DNA from: Cyanophora paradoxa CCMP329
Taxonomy: Eukaryota > Plantae > Glaucophyta
NCBI GenBank assembly: GCA_004431415.1
Contig: QPMI01000194.1
Location: 62,001 to 126,000, forward strand
Direction of reading: 5' to 3'
DNA: 64,000 nucleotides
In this document: positions 36,524 to 49,108 of the stretch, one piece after another
Layout: each line of letters begins with the position of its first letter
Position numbering within the stretch: the stretch's first letter is position 1
Notes under the pieces: generated by a model
Databases searched by the model: none
Told to the model about the DNA's origin: nothing
What the model saw: the letters and a program-made list of their open reading frames with translations, nothing else
Translations under genes and position numbers: made by a program

Positions 36524-39500
36524 TCTCGGGTTCGAATCCAACACCCCAAAATTTAGGGGGGGAATGAACCACCACCACAGACGTGACTCAGTGAATATAG
36601 AAGACTTGGGTCCTTAGTTGCAAGCAACTAAGGTACCCAAGTCTGATAACTATTCCTGCCCCCGGGGGGCAGTACAGACTTGGGTTTCAGAGAGCACGGT
36701 TAAGTGAGTGCGCACTGTGCACATTAGCTCTGTTTGCAAGCTTTTCGGAACGGCTTGATCGAGCCGATTCTGGGGTACGCGTTTGTCGGTGACGGCTACG
36801 GCCAGCTCCAAGAATGGCTAGCACCTCAACGCTTTGCTGCTGAGCGTGCCATCGTGCCCGCTTCGATGCACCCTGTAACTGGCTTGAAAACCGGAACAGC
36901 GCGCGCGCTCCCTGAGGAGCAGGAGACGATTGCATGTTTGTATGGGAACTTTGCGATCTTTGCAACCAGGCTACCTGCCGTCACGCTCGCTTCTAAAATG
37001 GATGCGCGTAGCTGCATAACGGACTTTCTTCTCAGGAAGCAAGCCCGCGCGGTCGCTGGATTGCCGGAAAAACACGATTGCATGTTTGTATGGGAGCTTC
37101 AAAGGCTTCTCGATCTCGGCAACCAGGCAACCTGTCGTCGCGTTTGCAAGCCCACCGGATGCGCGCGGCTTTGGATCTCACTTTTGTTCATGGAAGCAAG
37201 AGAGCGCGGTTGCTGGATTGCTCAGGAAACAGGTTTGACAGTTTGGGTAACGGGTTCGGGGTAACTTAGGGGGGGAATGAACCACCACCATAGACGTGAA
37301 TATCGGCCTTGGGGAAAGGAGAGGCCCTTAGGTCTGTGCCTATCTTGTGGCAAACTTCAACTTGATTTTATAGACAAACTTTTTGACCTAGGTACCCATT
37401 TTCGACCCTAGGGAGCACGATGGCGGCGCTACTTTTCAAATGTGACACCTCTAACAAGCACTAACAGCACGTACGAACGAAATTGTTCGCGTTAAGCCCG
37501 ATCGCCATTGGCACAAAAAGTCAATTCACCCATTCACGGACAAGCACGATTGTCATTGGTTCCAGCTTGCTTCCCCTTCGCCGATGGAAATTGCAAAGAG
37601 CCTCTGTACCCGGCTGGAAGGCTGGAGTCACTAGGCGCTTCGCCGGCAGAATCGCCGCGCGTCGCTTTGCAAATAAACGATCGCGATCAACGATCGATCA
37701 AGCGCTAGCGCTATCGCTCCGGCGCCGACGTGATCGTGATCGATCGCCGCGACCGTCGGAAGCCGGCGCGCGCCGGCCGCGCCAGGCCTAGGCGCGCCGC
37801 CGGCGCCAGCAGGCGCCGCTACTACATAGCTATCGCTGGCGCTAGCTAGACCAAGCTAGAAGATTCTAGCTATAGGCGGCATAGTCCTCTCAACAGTAAC
37901 CGCGCGCGGTTGCGGGACCTCGTTTTAAAACAAAGAGCGGCCACCCTCACGTCTTGAAACCCCAAGACCCAAGGCCACTCCTGCTCCGCAGGGACTCGCT
38001 TGTAGAAGACTTGGGTCCTTAGTAAACTAAGGAACCCAAGTCTGATATAGAAGACTTGGGTCCTTAGTTGCAAGCAACTAAGGTACCCAAGTCGACGTCT
38101 GATAACTATTCCTGCCCCCGGGGGGCAGTACAGACTTGGGTTTCAGAGAGCACGGTTAAGTGAGTGCGCACTGTGCACATTAGCTCTGCAGCTGTTTGCA
38201 AGCTTTTCGGAACGGCTTGATCGAGCCGATTCTGGGGTACGCGTTTCTCGGTGACGGCTACGGCCAGCTCCAAGAATGGCTAGCACCTCAACGCTTTGCT
38301 GCTGAGCGTGCCATCGTGCCCGCTTCGATGCACCCTGTAACTGGCTTGAAAACCGGAACAGCGCGCGCGCTCCCTGAGGAGCAGGAGACGATTGCATGTT
38401 TGTATGGGAACTTTGCGATCTTTGCAACCAGGCTACCTGCCGTCACGCTCGCTTCTAAAATGGATGCGCGTAGCTGCATAACGGACTTTCTTCTCAGGAA
38501 GCAAGCCCGCGCGGTCGCTGGATTGCCGGAAAAACACGATTGCATGTTTGTATGGGAGCTTCAAAGGCTTCTCGATCTCGGCAACCAGGCAACCTGTCGT
38601 CGCGTTTGCAAGCCCACCGGATGCGCGCGGCTTTGGATCTCACTTTTGTTCATGGAAGCAAGAGAGCGCGGTTGCTGGATTGCTCAGGAAACAGGTTTGA
38701 CAGTTTGGGTAACGGGTTCGGGGTAACTTAGGGGGGGAATGAACCACCACCATAGACGTGAATATCGGCCTTGGGAAAGGAGAGGCCCTTAGGTCTGTGC
38801 CTATCTTGTGGCAAACTTCAACTTGATTTTATAGACAAACTTTTTGACCTAGGTACCCATTTTCGACCCTAGGGAGCACGATGGCGGCGCTACTTTTCAA
38901 ATGTGACACCTCTAACAAGCACTAACAGCACGTACGAACGAAATTGTTCGCGTTAAGCCCGATCGCCATTGGCACAAAAAGTCAATTCACCCATTCACGG
39001 ACAAGCACGATTGTCATTGGTTCCAGCTTGCTTCCCCTTCGCCGATGGAAATTGCAAAGAGCCTCTGTACCCGGCTGGAAGGCTGGAGTCACTAGGCGCT
39101 TCGCCGGCAGAATCGCCGCGCGTCGCTTTGCAAATAAACGATCGCGATCAACGATCGATCAAGCGCTAGCGCTATCGCTCCGGCGCCGACGTGATCGTGA
39201 TCGATCGCCGCGACCGTCGGAAGCCGGCGCGCGCCGGCCGCGCCAGGCCTAGGCGCGCCGCCGGCGCCAGCAGGCGCCGCTACTACATAGCTATCGCTGG
39301 CGCTAGCTAGACCAAGCTAGAAGATTCTAGCTATAGGCGGCATAGTCCTCTCAACAGTAACCGCGCGCGGTTGCGGGACCTCGTTTTAAAACAAAGAGCG
39401 GCCACCCTCACGTCTTGAAACCCCAAGACCCAAGGCCACTCCTGCTCCGCAGGGACTCGCTTGTAGAAGACTTGGGTCCTTAGTAAACTAAGGAACCCAA

Positions 39501-40970
39501 GTCTGATATAGAAGACTTGGGTCCTTAGTTGCAAGCAACTAAGGTACCCAAGTCGACGTCTGATAACTATTCCTGCCCCCGGGGGGCAGTACAGACTTGG
39601 GTTTCAGAGAGCACGGTTAAGTGAGTGCGCACTGTGCACATTAGCTCTGCAGCTGTTTGCAAGCTTTTCGGAACGGCTTGATCGAGCCGATTCTGGGGTA
39701 CGCGTTTCTCGGTGACGGCTACGGCCAGCTCCAAGAATGGCTAGCACCTCAACGCTTTGCTGCTGAGCATGCCATCGTGCCCGCTTCGATGCACCCTGTA
39801 ACTGGCTTGAAAACCGGAACAGCGCGCGCGCTCCCTGAGGAGCAGGAGACGATTGCATGTTTGTATGGGAACTTTGCGATCTTGGCAACCAGGCTACCTG
39901 CCGTCACGCTCGCTTCTAAAATGGATGCGCGTAGCTGCATAACGGACTTTCTTCTCAGCAAGCAAGCCCGCGCGGTCGCTGGATTGCCGGGAAAACACGA
40001 TTGCATGTTTGTATGGGAGCTTCAAAGGCTTCTCGATCTCGGCAACCAGGCAACCTGTCGTCGCGTTTGCAAGCCCACCGGATGCGCGCGGCTTTGGATC
40101 TCACTTTTGTTCATGGAAGCAAGAGAGCGCGGTTGCTGGATTGCTCAGGAAACAGGTTTGACAGTTTGGGTAACGGGTTCGAATCCAACACCCCGAAACT
40201 TAGGGGGGGAATGAACCACCACCATAGATAACTATTCCTGCCCCCAGGGGGCAGTACAGACTTGGGTTTCAGAGAGCACGGTTGCGTGAGTGCGCACTGT
40301 GCGCCTATCTCTGTACATGTTTGCAAGCTTTTCGGAACAGCTTTATCGAGCCGACTTTGGGGTACATGTTTCCTGGTGACGGCTACGGCCAGCTCCAAGA
40401 ATGGCTCGCACCTTAACGCCATGCTGCTGAGCATGCCATCTTGCCCGCTTCGATGCACCCTGCAACTGGTTTGAAAACCGGAACCGCGCGCGCGCTCCCT
40501 GAGGAGCAGGAGACGATTGCATGTTTGTATGGGAACCTTGCGATCTTGGCAACCAGGCTACCTGCCGTCGCGCTAGCTTCTAAAACGGATGCGCTTTGCT
40601 GCATAGCGGACTTTCTTCTCAGGAATTCGAAGCAAGCCAGCGCGGTCGCCGGATTGCCCGGAAAACACGATTGTGCGTTTGTATGGGAGCTTTGAAGGCT
40701 TCTAGATCTCGATATCGATCGATATCTCGGCAACCAAGCTATCTGCCGTCGCGTTTGGAAGCTCAACGGACGCGCGCAGCTTTGGAGCTCACTTTTGTCG
40801 ATGGAAGCAAGAGAGCGCGGTTGCTGGATTGCTCAGGAAACAGGTTTGACAGGTTGGGTCACGGGTTCGAATCCAATACCCTGGAACTTAGGGGGGGAAT
40901 GAACCACCACCAAACTTGTGAACATAGAAGACTTGGGTCCTTTTTTAGTAAACTAAGGAACCCAAGTCTG
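36524..40970. repeat. ~1.46-kb head-to-tail tandem repeat (2 full near-identical units plus 2 partial/diverged) with hairpin motifs
   Basis: Identical spurious ORFs recur at offsets of 1461-1462 (36734/38196/39657). Palindrome agacttgggtccttagt..actaagg(a/t)acccaagtct at unit junctions. Confidence 0.95.
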
Positions 40971-41757
40971 GGCCGTTTCCCGCAGTCGCCGATTTGTATG
41001 CATATGGGAGCGGGCTTATGTAAGGCTTACGTAGCTAAAACGTTGGCTGGATTAACTCCCGCGGATGTAAGCTACGAGCTTAGGAGGGCCTTTCCTTCTA
41101 GTGAGGCAGCCAATGAGCTGCCAGTGTCGGTGCGTGCCGCTTCACTACGATATAGGGCTGGGTTCAGTGGAGCCCCCGGGTCCACTCAGTCAGTGGACAT
41201 TTTGCGTCGAACTCACTCATGATCAGTGACTACCAGTGAGTGGGGGGTACGTGCTCTTTTACACGAAAAAGGACCAAAAACGACCTAAATCTCGCTGAGC
41301 TTCAAGGCACTACGTGCCTAAACTGTTTCCACCGTAATTCCACGGGCTTTCGATATGTTTAGAGGTCATTTGCAACGCAGGCCATTGTCATAATTGCAGT
41401 GCTTCTCGACGTTGCACACCCTTCGCGCCGCGGCCTGCGCGCGGCACTCCGACGTTAAGTACCCACACCGACGTTAAATAGCTAGGTGGCGGATGGGTCC
41501 TAATTTTTTGGCGCCGGATACCCCCCCACGCAGCGCTGGCTGAGGTCCGGCTCACTGGCCTCAAACATTTTTCTTTGTGCGAGTGGGCCAAAATCTCCAC
41601 CCTCGACCCTCCACTGGTTTCACTGGACCCAGCCCTACTACGATATCGGACCGGAGTGAGCGGCACCCACATGTACACGACACATCATACTTTGGCCATC
41701 ATAGTTTTTTCCACCAGCTAATTTTCACTACGTAGCTGGCGACTGCGGGAAACGGCC
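40971..41757. mobile_element. Non-autonomous MITE, PIF/Harbinger-like (20-bp TIR, 3-bp CTG TSD)
   Basis: TIRs ggccgtttcccgcagtcgcc (40971-40990) and ggcgactgcgggaaacggcc (41738-41757). ctg on both sides; the empty site aagtctga is present in sister repeats. Confidence 0.9.
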
Positions 41758-41989
41758 CTGACGTGAACATAGAAGACTTGGGTCCTTAGTAAACTAAGGA
41801 ACCCAAGTCTGACTTGCCCTCTCTCTCTCTCCAGCGTTCCAGCCAGGCTGAGCCAGCGCGTTCCACGCAACACAAAGCCGCTTCTCGCTGATCAGAGGTT
41901 CGTCCATCCTGCTGCCCTCCGTGGCGCTGGTCGTCATAAACTCTCATGCAGTCCGGGGCCGTCGGAGCGCGCGTTCCGAGGCAGTCACG

Positions 41990-43013
41990 ATGGCAGCCAC
42001 CGATATGCTCTCAAAAGCAGCCGCCGCTGAGCTTTTGAACAGCGTTCCGGTGCGTATGACGCCGAGGGTCGGGGTTGCTTTGTCGCTCAAGACCGAATTC
42101 TCGGCGCAGGAAGGGCAGAGGCCAGTTCTCCTGCAACTCATCGACGTGCGTAGTTTCTGCCCGAGCGCTCGTTCCTTGAGTCGTGCGCTCACGCGCGCCC
42201 GGCTCCGCGTTCATTCGATAGCGTTTGGAGCGGCGGGCGCACGACGCCGAGGTGCGCAGTCTTCCCTTCCTGCGCTTCCTCGAATGACGCGTCCGTGCAT
42301 GGACAGGCGGAGAAGGCGGAGGAAAAGAAGCGCCTGGAGGTGCGCTTCTTCCATCTTAAGCTTCGCTTCCTCGAATGACGCGTCCGTGCATGGACAGGCG
42401 GAGAAGGCGGAGGAAAAGAAGCGCGCGGACGCAGCTGAGGTGCGCTTCTCCCATCTTAAGCTTCGCTTCCTCGAATGACGCGTCCATGCATGGACAGGCG
42501 GGGAAGGCGGAGGAAAAGAAGCGCGCGGACGCAGCTGAGGTGCGCTTCTTCCATCTTAAGCTTCGCTTCCTCGAATGACGCGTCCGTGCATGGACAGGCG
42601 GAGAAGGCGGAGGAAAAGAAGCGCGCGGACGCAGCTGAGGTGCGCGCTTGAATCCGGCTGCATCTCTTGCGCTTGTCATAACGTTCACGCAGGCTAGCTT
42701 GCTCTACAAGCTTGCAAAGCGATTTTTCGCGTATAACCCGCTCATGTAGGCACACCCCGTGTCTTTTGCTGCTGCAGTCAGCGCTGGCACTGCCGCCTCC
42801 TTGTTCTTCTTCTCGTATTTGGGCCGAGCCTTCAACCACAGCCGTCAGGACTATCACGATTCGCAGTCCTACCGCTCGGCAATAGCCAATGATGGTCTCT
42901 CCGCCCGCGGCTATTTCGTATGGCCAAGCCAGCACTGTGGCAATTTCTCCCACTTTCTTTCTTTATCTTTAGAGAAATTTCGAATTCTCGAACCCTTGCA
43001 ATTGGCCTACTGA
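41990..43013 (+). CDS. Hypothetical spliced gene with tandemly duplicated 14-codon exons
   Basis: MAATDMLSKAAAAELLNSVP...LLQLID|, then 96-bp units cag|AEKAEEKKRADAAE|gtgcgc. The 3' structure is uncertain. Confidence 0.45.
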
Positions 43014-43759
43014 TCATGATCATGATTCATTCGCTTTATATTATTTCTTAAGCTTTGGCTTCCATGGCCACTGGCAAATGGTTTAGCATACTATGATATC
43101 TGCCTTCTCGTTAACGTTTTGCCAGTTGGAGGCAAATTGCCATGTTGCCCTCAGGGCCTGTTCCGAAGTTCCAGCTGCTCGAGCTCAGGGGTCCAAGGCC
43201 CGGCCTATAGCTAGCTATAGGGAGGGAGCTGGACATATGCATGTACCGTAGTACCATTTCCATGGGGATCCTGTTTTCTTTTTCTTGGGCTCTACTATTC
43301 TTGACTCAGCAGTGAGGAGATTATTATAAGCTGCACAACTAGTACTCACTGAGTCATGCAGTGACTTGGCAAGGGCTCTGCCAGAGCCGCACCGTGGTGC
43401 CCCCATGCAAAAACAAAGCCCTAACTTCCCCAAACAGGCCACACAGGGTGTCATGGGGGGAACTCCCCCTCACGGGCCTCTGTGGTGCTGCCACGCCCTG
43501 TCACCCAGTCCGCGGGCATGTCTTTTGCTTCGTTTCTCTCTCAAAGAAGGGGATTAGCTCAAACACAAAGAAGGGGATTAGCTCAAACAGAAATTTCAAG
43601 AGAGGGGGTCCGCCCCTTTTTAATCAACACTACAAAACTTACACAGAGTCTGGGTTCGGGCTGAAGGGTGGTTCGGGTAGACACGTGAGCAGTGACAGGT
43701 ACAAAGAAGGGGGTAAGCTTGAACAGAAATTCCAAGAGAAGTGTGGCGGCATCAGCCCG

Positions 43760-45952
43760 GGTTGTTGCACTTGGAGCCCATGCTGAAGTCGACGTGGGAC
43801 CAGGCGACGGCGACAAGGCCACCGAGCGCCGCCAGCCCCGCAAAGTAGAAAAGGTCTGTGGTGGGTCAGGCGGGCCGCGGCACGAGGGCGGCGCCGCACT
43901 GCCGGGGGGCCCGAGGGAGGCGGCCGCCGCATAGGAGGCCATGAGGGCGAGGTTGACGCCGGCGGAGGCTGCGGCACGTCAGGAGGGCGGGGGGGGGGGG
44001 GGGGGGGGAGGGGGCAGGCGTGCCGATGCCAAAGGCGGAGCCGACGTGCTCAGGGGGCACTAGGATTGGCAGCGAGGGCCAGAGCGCCGCCGGCACGAGG
44101 GCGAAGCAGGCGCCGATGAGGCAGTAGAAGGGCAACGGGCTGCAGCGCGCAGCGTAAATCGCCAGGAAGGCTGGCACGAGTGCCAGCGTCCCCGCCGCCA
44201 CTGCCACGTGTCAGGAGGGTACAGGCAGCACGGGGCGGGCGGACCGAGGTCGGCGCGGCGGCCAATGCGATCGACGAGCATCCCGAGCGGGGGCGAGAGG
44301 AGCAGCGAGGAGAGGGCCACGACGCTCGTCAGCTCGTCCGCGTGCTCCAGGTCCAGCCCGTACCGCAGCTGCAGCAGCTTCCTGTGTGGAGTCAGCGGGG
44401 AGCGGCGGGCGGGGCGCGGGCCGATGTGCACCCTGAAAAGGCCTGGAAGGGGAAGACCGTCCCCTGCGGCGGTGTCAGGGCAATTGAAGGGCGCGGGGCG
44501 GGCGGGGCACATAGTAGGCGGCGGCGGCGGCAGTGACGAGCCAGAAGCCAAGTGGGAGGCTGCGGACGGCGGCGAGGGGGCCCGCGTGGCCGCCAGCGGG
44601 GTTCGGCACGGTCTGGGCGGCGAAGTCGGAGGGGGCAGGGTCGGGCCGCCAGAGGTGCTTGTCGACGAGCACGTAGCCGACGGCTGAGACAAGGGAGAGG
44701 GCGCACATGCCGGCCGCTGCGGGCGGTCGGCGGCGGCGACAGGGCGGGCGGGGCGCGGACCAAGCCAGAGGCTGGCGACGTAGGTCTTAAAGCGGTGCAG
44801 CAGGTACGCCGTCGCCCGGTACGCCAGGAACGTCCCCTGCACGGGGGTTCAGAACGACGGGGGGCGGCACTGCGGAAGTGGGCACACGCACGAGGCGGCC
44901 GGCGCTCGTGCCGAGGCCCTGCACGGAGTCAGCGGGGCGGCAGGGCGGGGCGAGGCGGGGCGGGGCGGGGCGGGGCGGGGCGGGGCAGGCCATGGCGAGG
45001 CCCATCTCGGAGCGGTGCGCCGCGAACCAGCTCGCGATGATGCTGTTCTGCGCCACTGCGCTGGCGTCACGCGCGCGCGGCGCGGCGGGCGTCGGGCGCA
45101 CCGAAGAGCGACTCGGCGCCGGTGCCTGCGGGGCATTGGCCTCAAGCGAGAAGGGGGCCCGGGGCGCGGGCCGCACCGAAGACGAAGCGGCCGAGGAGCA
45201 TAAGCGGGTAGGAGCGGGCGTGCGTCGCAAGCACGACCAGGCCCTACCGTTCGTGAGCCGCGCGGCGCCGGTGGGCGGGCGGGCGACGCACGGAGCCGAG
45301 AGCGACAAGGGCGGCGAAGAGGAGCGTGCCGGCCCGCACGCCGATGGCGTCGAGGAGGAGGCCGCCCGCAAAGACGAGCGGCACGTTCGGCAGCGAGTAG
45401 ACCGAGAAGAGGTATGAAAACTGCACGTCCGACACGCCCAGATCCCGCTGCAGGTCCGTCTGCACCGATCCCACGCTGCCCCGCGTCAGAGCGGAGGGAT
45501 TCGGCTCCTTCGCGCCGCGGCAGACCTGTCGTACGCGTTGTAGGGGCCCATGACAAGAATGCACGAGAGCAGCAGCTGCGTCCGGCGTGAGCGCGTGCCG
45601 CAGCGCTCGCGGGCATGCAGCGCACGATCGCATCTGCGAGCGGCATGCGCGGGGTCGGTGATCGGTGCCGTGCGGAGTGCGGGCGACGCACATCGCTTGA
45701 TCGGAGCCGTCGCCGCGAACCGTTTCGCGAGGCCTGCTGGAGCGTGACTATGGCGCAACGGCTCGTTGGGAGCGGCGTACACGGGAGGGAGTTGCGAGCG
45801 CTCTGCAGCCACGCGGTGACGCTGCCGAGCGGGCCGAGCCCTGCGGACAGGCCGACGTGTGAAAGGCGGCGGAGAGAGGCGAGGGCGGGCGACGCGCCAG
45901 GACGAGGCGTCCACGAGTCGCCCTCCGGCAGCGGCGGGGGGCTGGCCATCAT
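43760..45952 (-). CDS. MFSD1-like major facilitator transporter (spliced; ends approximate)
   Basis: AYD|SVGSVQTDLQRDLGVSDVQFSYLFSVYSLPNVPLVFAGGLLLDAIGVR, GAGAESL, AQNSIIASWF, SPPLGMLVDRIGRR, PAALWPSLPILVPPEHVGSAFG. Confidence 0.88.
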
Positions 45953-46899
45953 CCTAGGCTGCAACGCGCCGAATTTGACGTCGAACGCCGCCGGACAGAG
46001 CGCCTGACGCGCGCCTCCGAACCAGCAGCGGCGCAGGACGGGCCGAGACCGCGGCTGGCAGAGCGCGCGCAGTGCGAGCTCGGCCTCGCGGCGGCGTTCG
46101 GCCCATCTACACCGGGCTAATGCTATACGGGATTCGCCGGCGGGGCTGCAGTGCTGGCGAAGTTCATACGCCAGCGCCGGGACCGCGGGGGCGAAGGCGA
46201 ATGCTGCGAGCTCAACTAGCATCTCACCTGTCTCTGATCAGTGCGACGATGTCTTTCGGCGCCTGGACCGGTATGGGTCAGGCTGTACCCCCCTCCTGGC
46301 TGTACGGCTGCGGCTGGCCGCCGGCTCGGGACCCCCCCCTCCTGACTGGGCGCGGGACTAGTACTCGGGGCCGATGGCCGGGGCTCGTGGTTGTCGTCGT
46401 CGTGAAACCTAGAGTGGGGTTTCGGGGCAGCCGGGAGGCGTGCAGGTGGCCCTAATTATATAATTATATATATATTTTAAAGATCCCCGGCTTGCCAGGC
46501 TGGGCCCCAGCTGCAGGGGAGCCTCGGAGGGTACATGTTCACTGAGTCACAAGAAGGCATGCATGCGCAGCTGATCGACATATCGCCGAGTCGAGTGTGT
46601 AAAAGCTGGCTGCGAAGATGCTGTGCACGTGACCCTAGTGCTCACGAGATGCTTTATACCGATCATGATCATCAGATGGTCCGCATCCATGATGCCAGGC
46701 CAGGCCCATTCATCCATGATGGCATATGCATTGGCACTGTACATGTAAGACTGCAGCTGGACAGACAAGCTAGAAGTAAAACGAGGACAGTGCCCACGGG
46801 AGGCCTATTTATGCAGAGATCACACTAAGAGATGCCCTGATCCTTCCAAAACTCTAGGCCTGTCCACTTCCATGCCGCAATGATGCAAAGGCCTTCTGT

Positions 46900-47630
46900 G
46901 CAAACGCTCCTTCGTTCAACGGTTTGCGTGACCTGTATCTTTTTCGAATTCAAGGGCTGGGCTGAGGAGGCCCTCAGACTAGAAAGTCTCATTGGTAGGA
47001 CCCGCCGACAGCCTTTCGAGTTCAGGCAGCAGGGCCAGCTGGTCCCAGCTGGTTCCAGCTGTCCAGTCTCGTCTGATACAGGTTCACCTCCGCCCTCTCC
47101 TCAAGTTATCATCTATGTGGATGACACTGAGCTTGCCCCTGTTATGCTGCCGATCTCTCCTATCCGAATCGACGCTGTTGATGTTGAGCCCGACTTTGCG
47201 AGTCATGCTGTCATTGCTTCCCTAGCTCCTCCCTCTTCTGCCCCTCTGCCTTCTTCTGCGCCTATGATGCCCATGCATACTGATCCTCTTTCTCCTTCTA
47301 GATGATCTATTGTCCCGCCTAAGCGTCGTCGCGTGTCTTCTCCAGACCCTGGTGCTCTTGATCATGGTGATAACTTTACTGGTGTCCTACCTCAGGTTTC
47401 TTTCAAACGTTTGCGGCCCTTACTTCCTGCAATTCTCTCCTCTGCTGCCCCTATGGATCTCGCTGATGACCCAGGTTCCCCAATGGTGCTTATCTCTGAC
47501 GAAGAGACTGATGACATGACTGATGGCTGAAGGTTTCACACGTGAGATCGTGACCAGGACTCCCCCAGGCCGGCATTAGGAAGAGGCCCGCATTGGGATG
47601 TCTGTGGTTGCTTTCCGTGTCTGCGTGTAT
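46900..47630 (+). repeat. Interspersed repeat family C, longest copy
   Basis: Matches 10885-11420 in reverse complement. Confidence 0.85.
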
Positions 47631-49108
47631 GAGCGCCGGACCGCCGGGGCATACACGGTAGACCGTAAGGCGTTTGCGCCGCCACTACCCTTGTCTGGTT
47701 GGTTCACTGTCGATTGTGCTTCGGGCCTTCGGGTCCTTCGCCTTTCGTCAAAACCGCACAACCGGCTTGGGCGTGTCTTATACATACTCTTCTTCTTCCA
47801 ACTCGATCGATCGCCCCGCGGGGCGCCGACAGCGCTACAACCTAAAACCTGGTGCCGGGGCAATCGACGGGGGGGCCATGGGGGCGGCATGGCGGCGGGC
47901 GGGGCCGTCGAAGGCACCGGCGTGGCGGCCGTGGCAGCGGCGGGGGGGGAGGGCCCGGCAGGGAGGGTGTTGCCAGCATAGTTTAGCTGGGGACTGGTAT
48001 CATTGGGGTACAGGTACAGACTGGGGGTACAGGTCTACAGGGACTTGGAATAATGGCAGTATATGCTCACTGCAATATGATACGACTTCACAAGCGCACG
48101 TCCTCGTGCGCTCAAGAGAGAGAAAAATATGTATAGTGAAGGGGGGGATTGGATCGTCACAACTACGTGGACTCAAGCCGGGGTCCATGATACGACTTCA
48201 CAGGATGCGAGTCCGGTGGGGTCGAGTGAACGAAAAATCCTCCCGGGACGCAAGCCGGGGGTCCATGATACGACTTCACAAGACGATAGGCTAGTGGAGT
48301 CGAGGGAAAGTGAGGTCCCAACCTCAAGTCAGAGCGCTTATCTAGCCTACGCGCTCACCGACCGGGCGGCCTCCGAGATAAATGGGCATACCAACTAGTA
48401 GATACACACTAAAATCAGCCAACAAGCCCGAGCTGCCCAAGCCGGGTTCCAAAAGACGAATCCATGAAAAGGGAAGACGTGCGGACTGCCGCCTGCGAGT
48501 GTACGTGGGAAGGCCGCCCGGGGGCCTGACGTGTACTCGCAGGGGTCGCTAGCGGCTCGAGGAAAAACCGGGCGAAAAAACCTCGGCCGCGCCGCCATAA
48601 TAGCCTGCCCTGAGGGCTCTCCGGTCCACGCTCGCAGCGTCGCCCCGATGGCGCGCCGCCGTGCCCGGAGGGCCCTCCGCGTGCGCCCGCCACGTACGCC
48701 CGTCCGCCGTACTCGCCGAGGGTCTGACGCGCGTCGCGTGTGAGTGCGCTGCACGCGTGCGCGAAAGGGGCGTCCCCCTGAAAGAAAACGGAAAGAGTTG
48801 CGGCAGCACGCATTGCGCGTTCTAAGGAAACGGTAGCGGCGCTATCGCAGCGGAGCTTCGCGCGTCGCAACGACCTAATCCTATGCCGTTCGATCGCTAG
48901 CGAGCCTTTCGAGGCGGTGCCGCTGCGTGGGACTTCGGCCCTCTTCTCGGATATCGTCCGAAACGCGTGGGCCACGTGGCACGACACGGTCGGGAAGCCC
49001 GAGATTGGAGGGGCCTTAGGCGCGCCGTTCCCAAGGGCTATCGATTGCGAGGGTCGCGTACCCATCTCGACAATAATCCTCATGTGCCGTAGGGAGCGCC
49101 TCACGCGC

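Noticed and set aside
36528-36540. tRNA gene suggested by ggttcgaatcc
   Set aside because: Only a T-loop/B-box-like motif; no cloverleaf could be formed.
36734-40214. Three 176-185 aa ORFs in the tandem repeat
   Set aside because: Non-ATG starts, no recognisable domain, and broken in the diverged fourth copy. Recurrence only reflects DNA duplication.
47565-47630. HDV-like ribozyme suggested by ggccggcat
   Set aside because: The downstream sequence does not give the nested double pseudoknot by eye.
48300-49100. Inner boundary of the 3' LTR and polypurine tract
   Set aside because: No unambiguous PPT/terminus junction found; the second LTR is needed for comparison.
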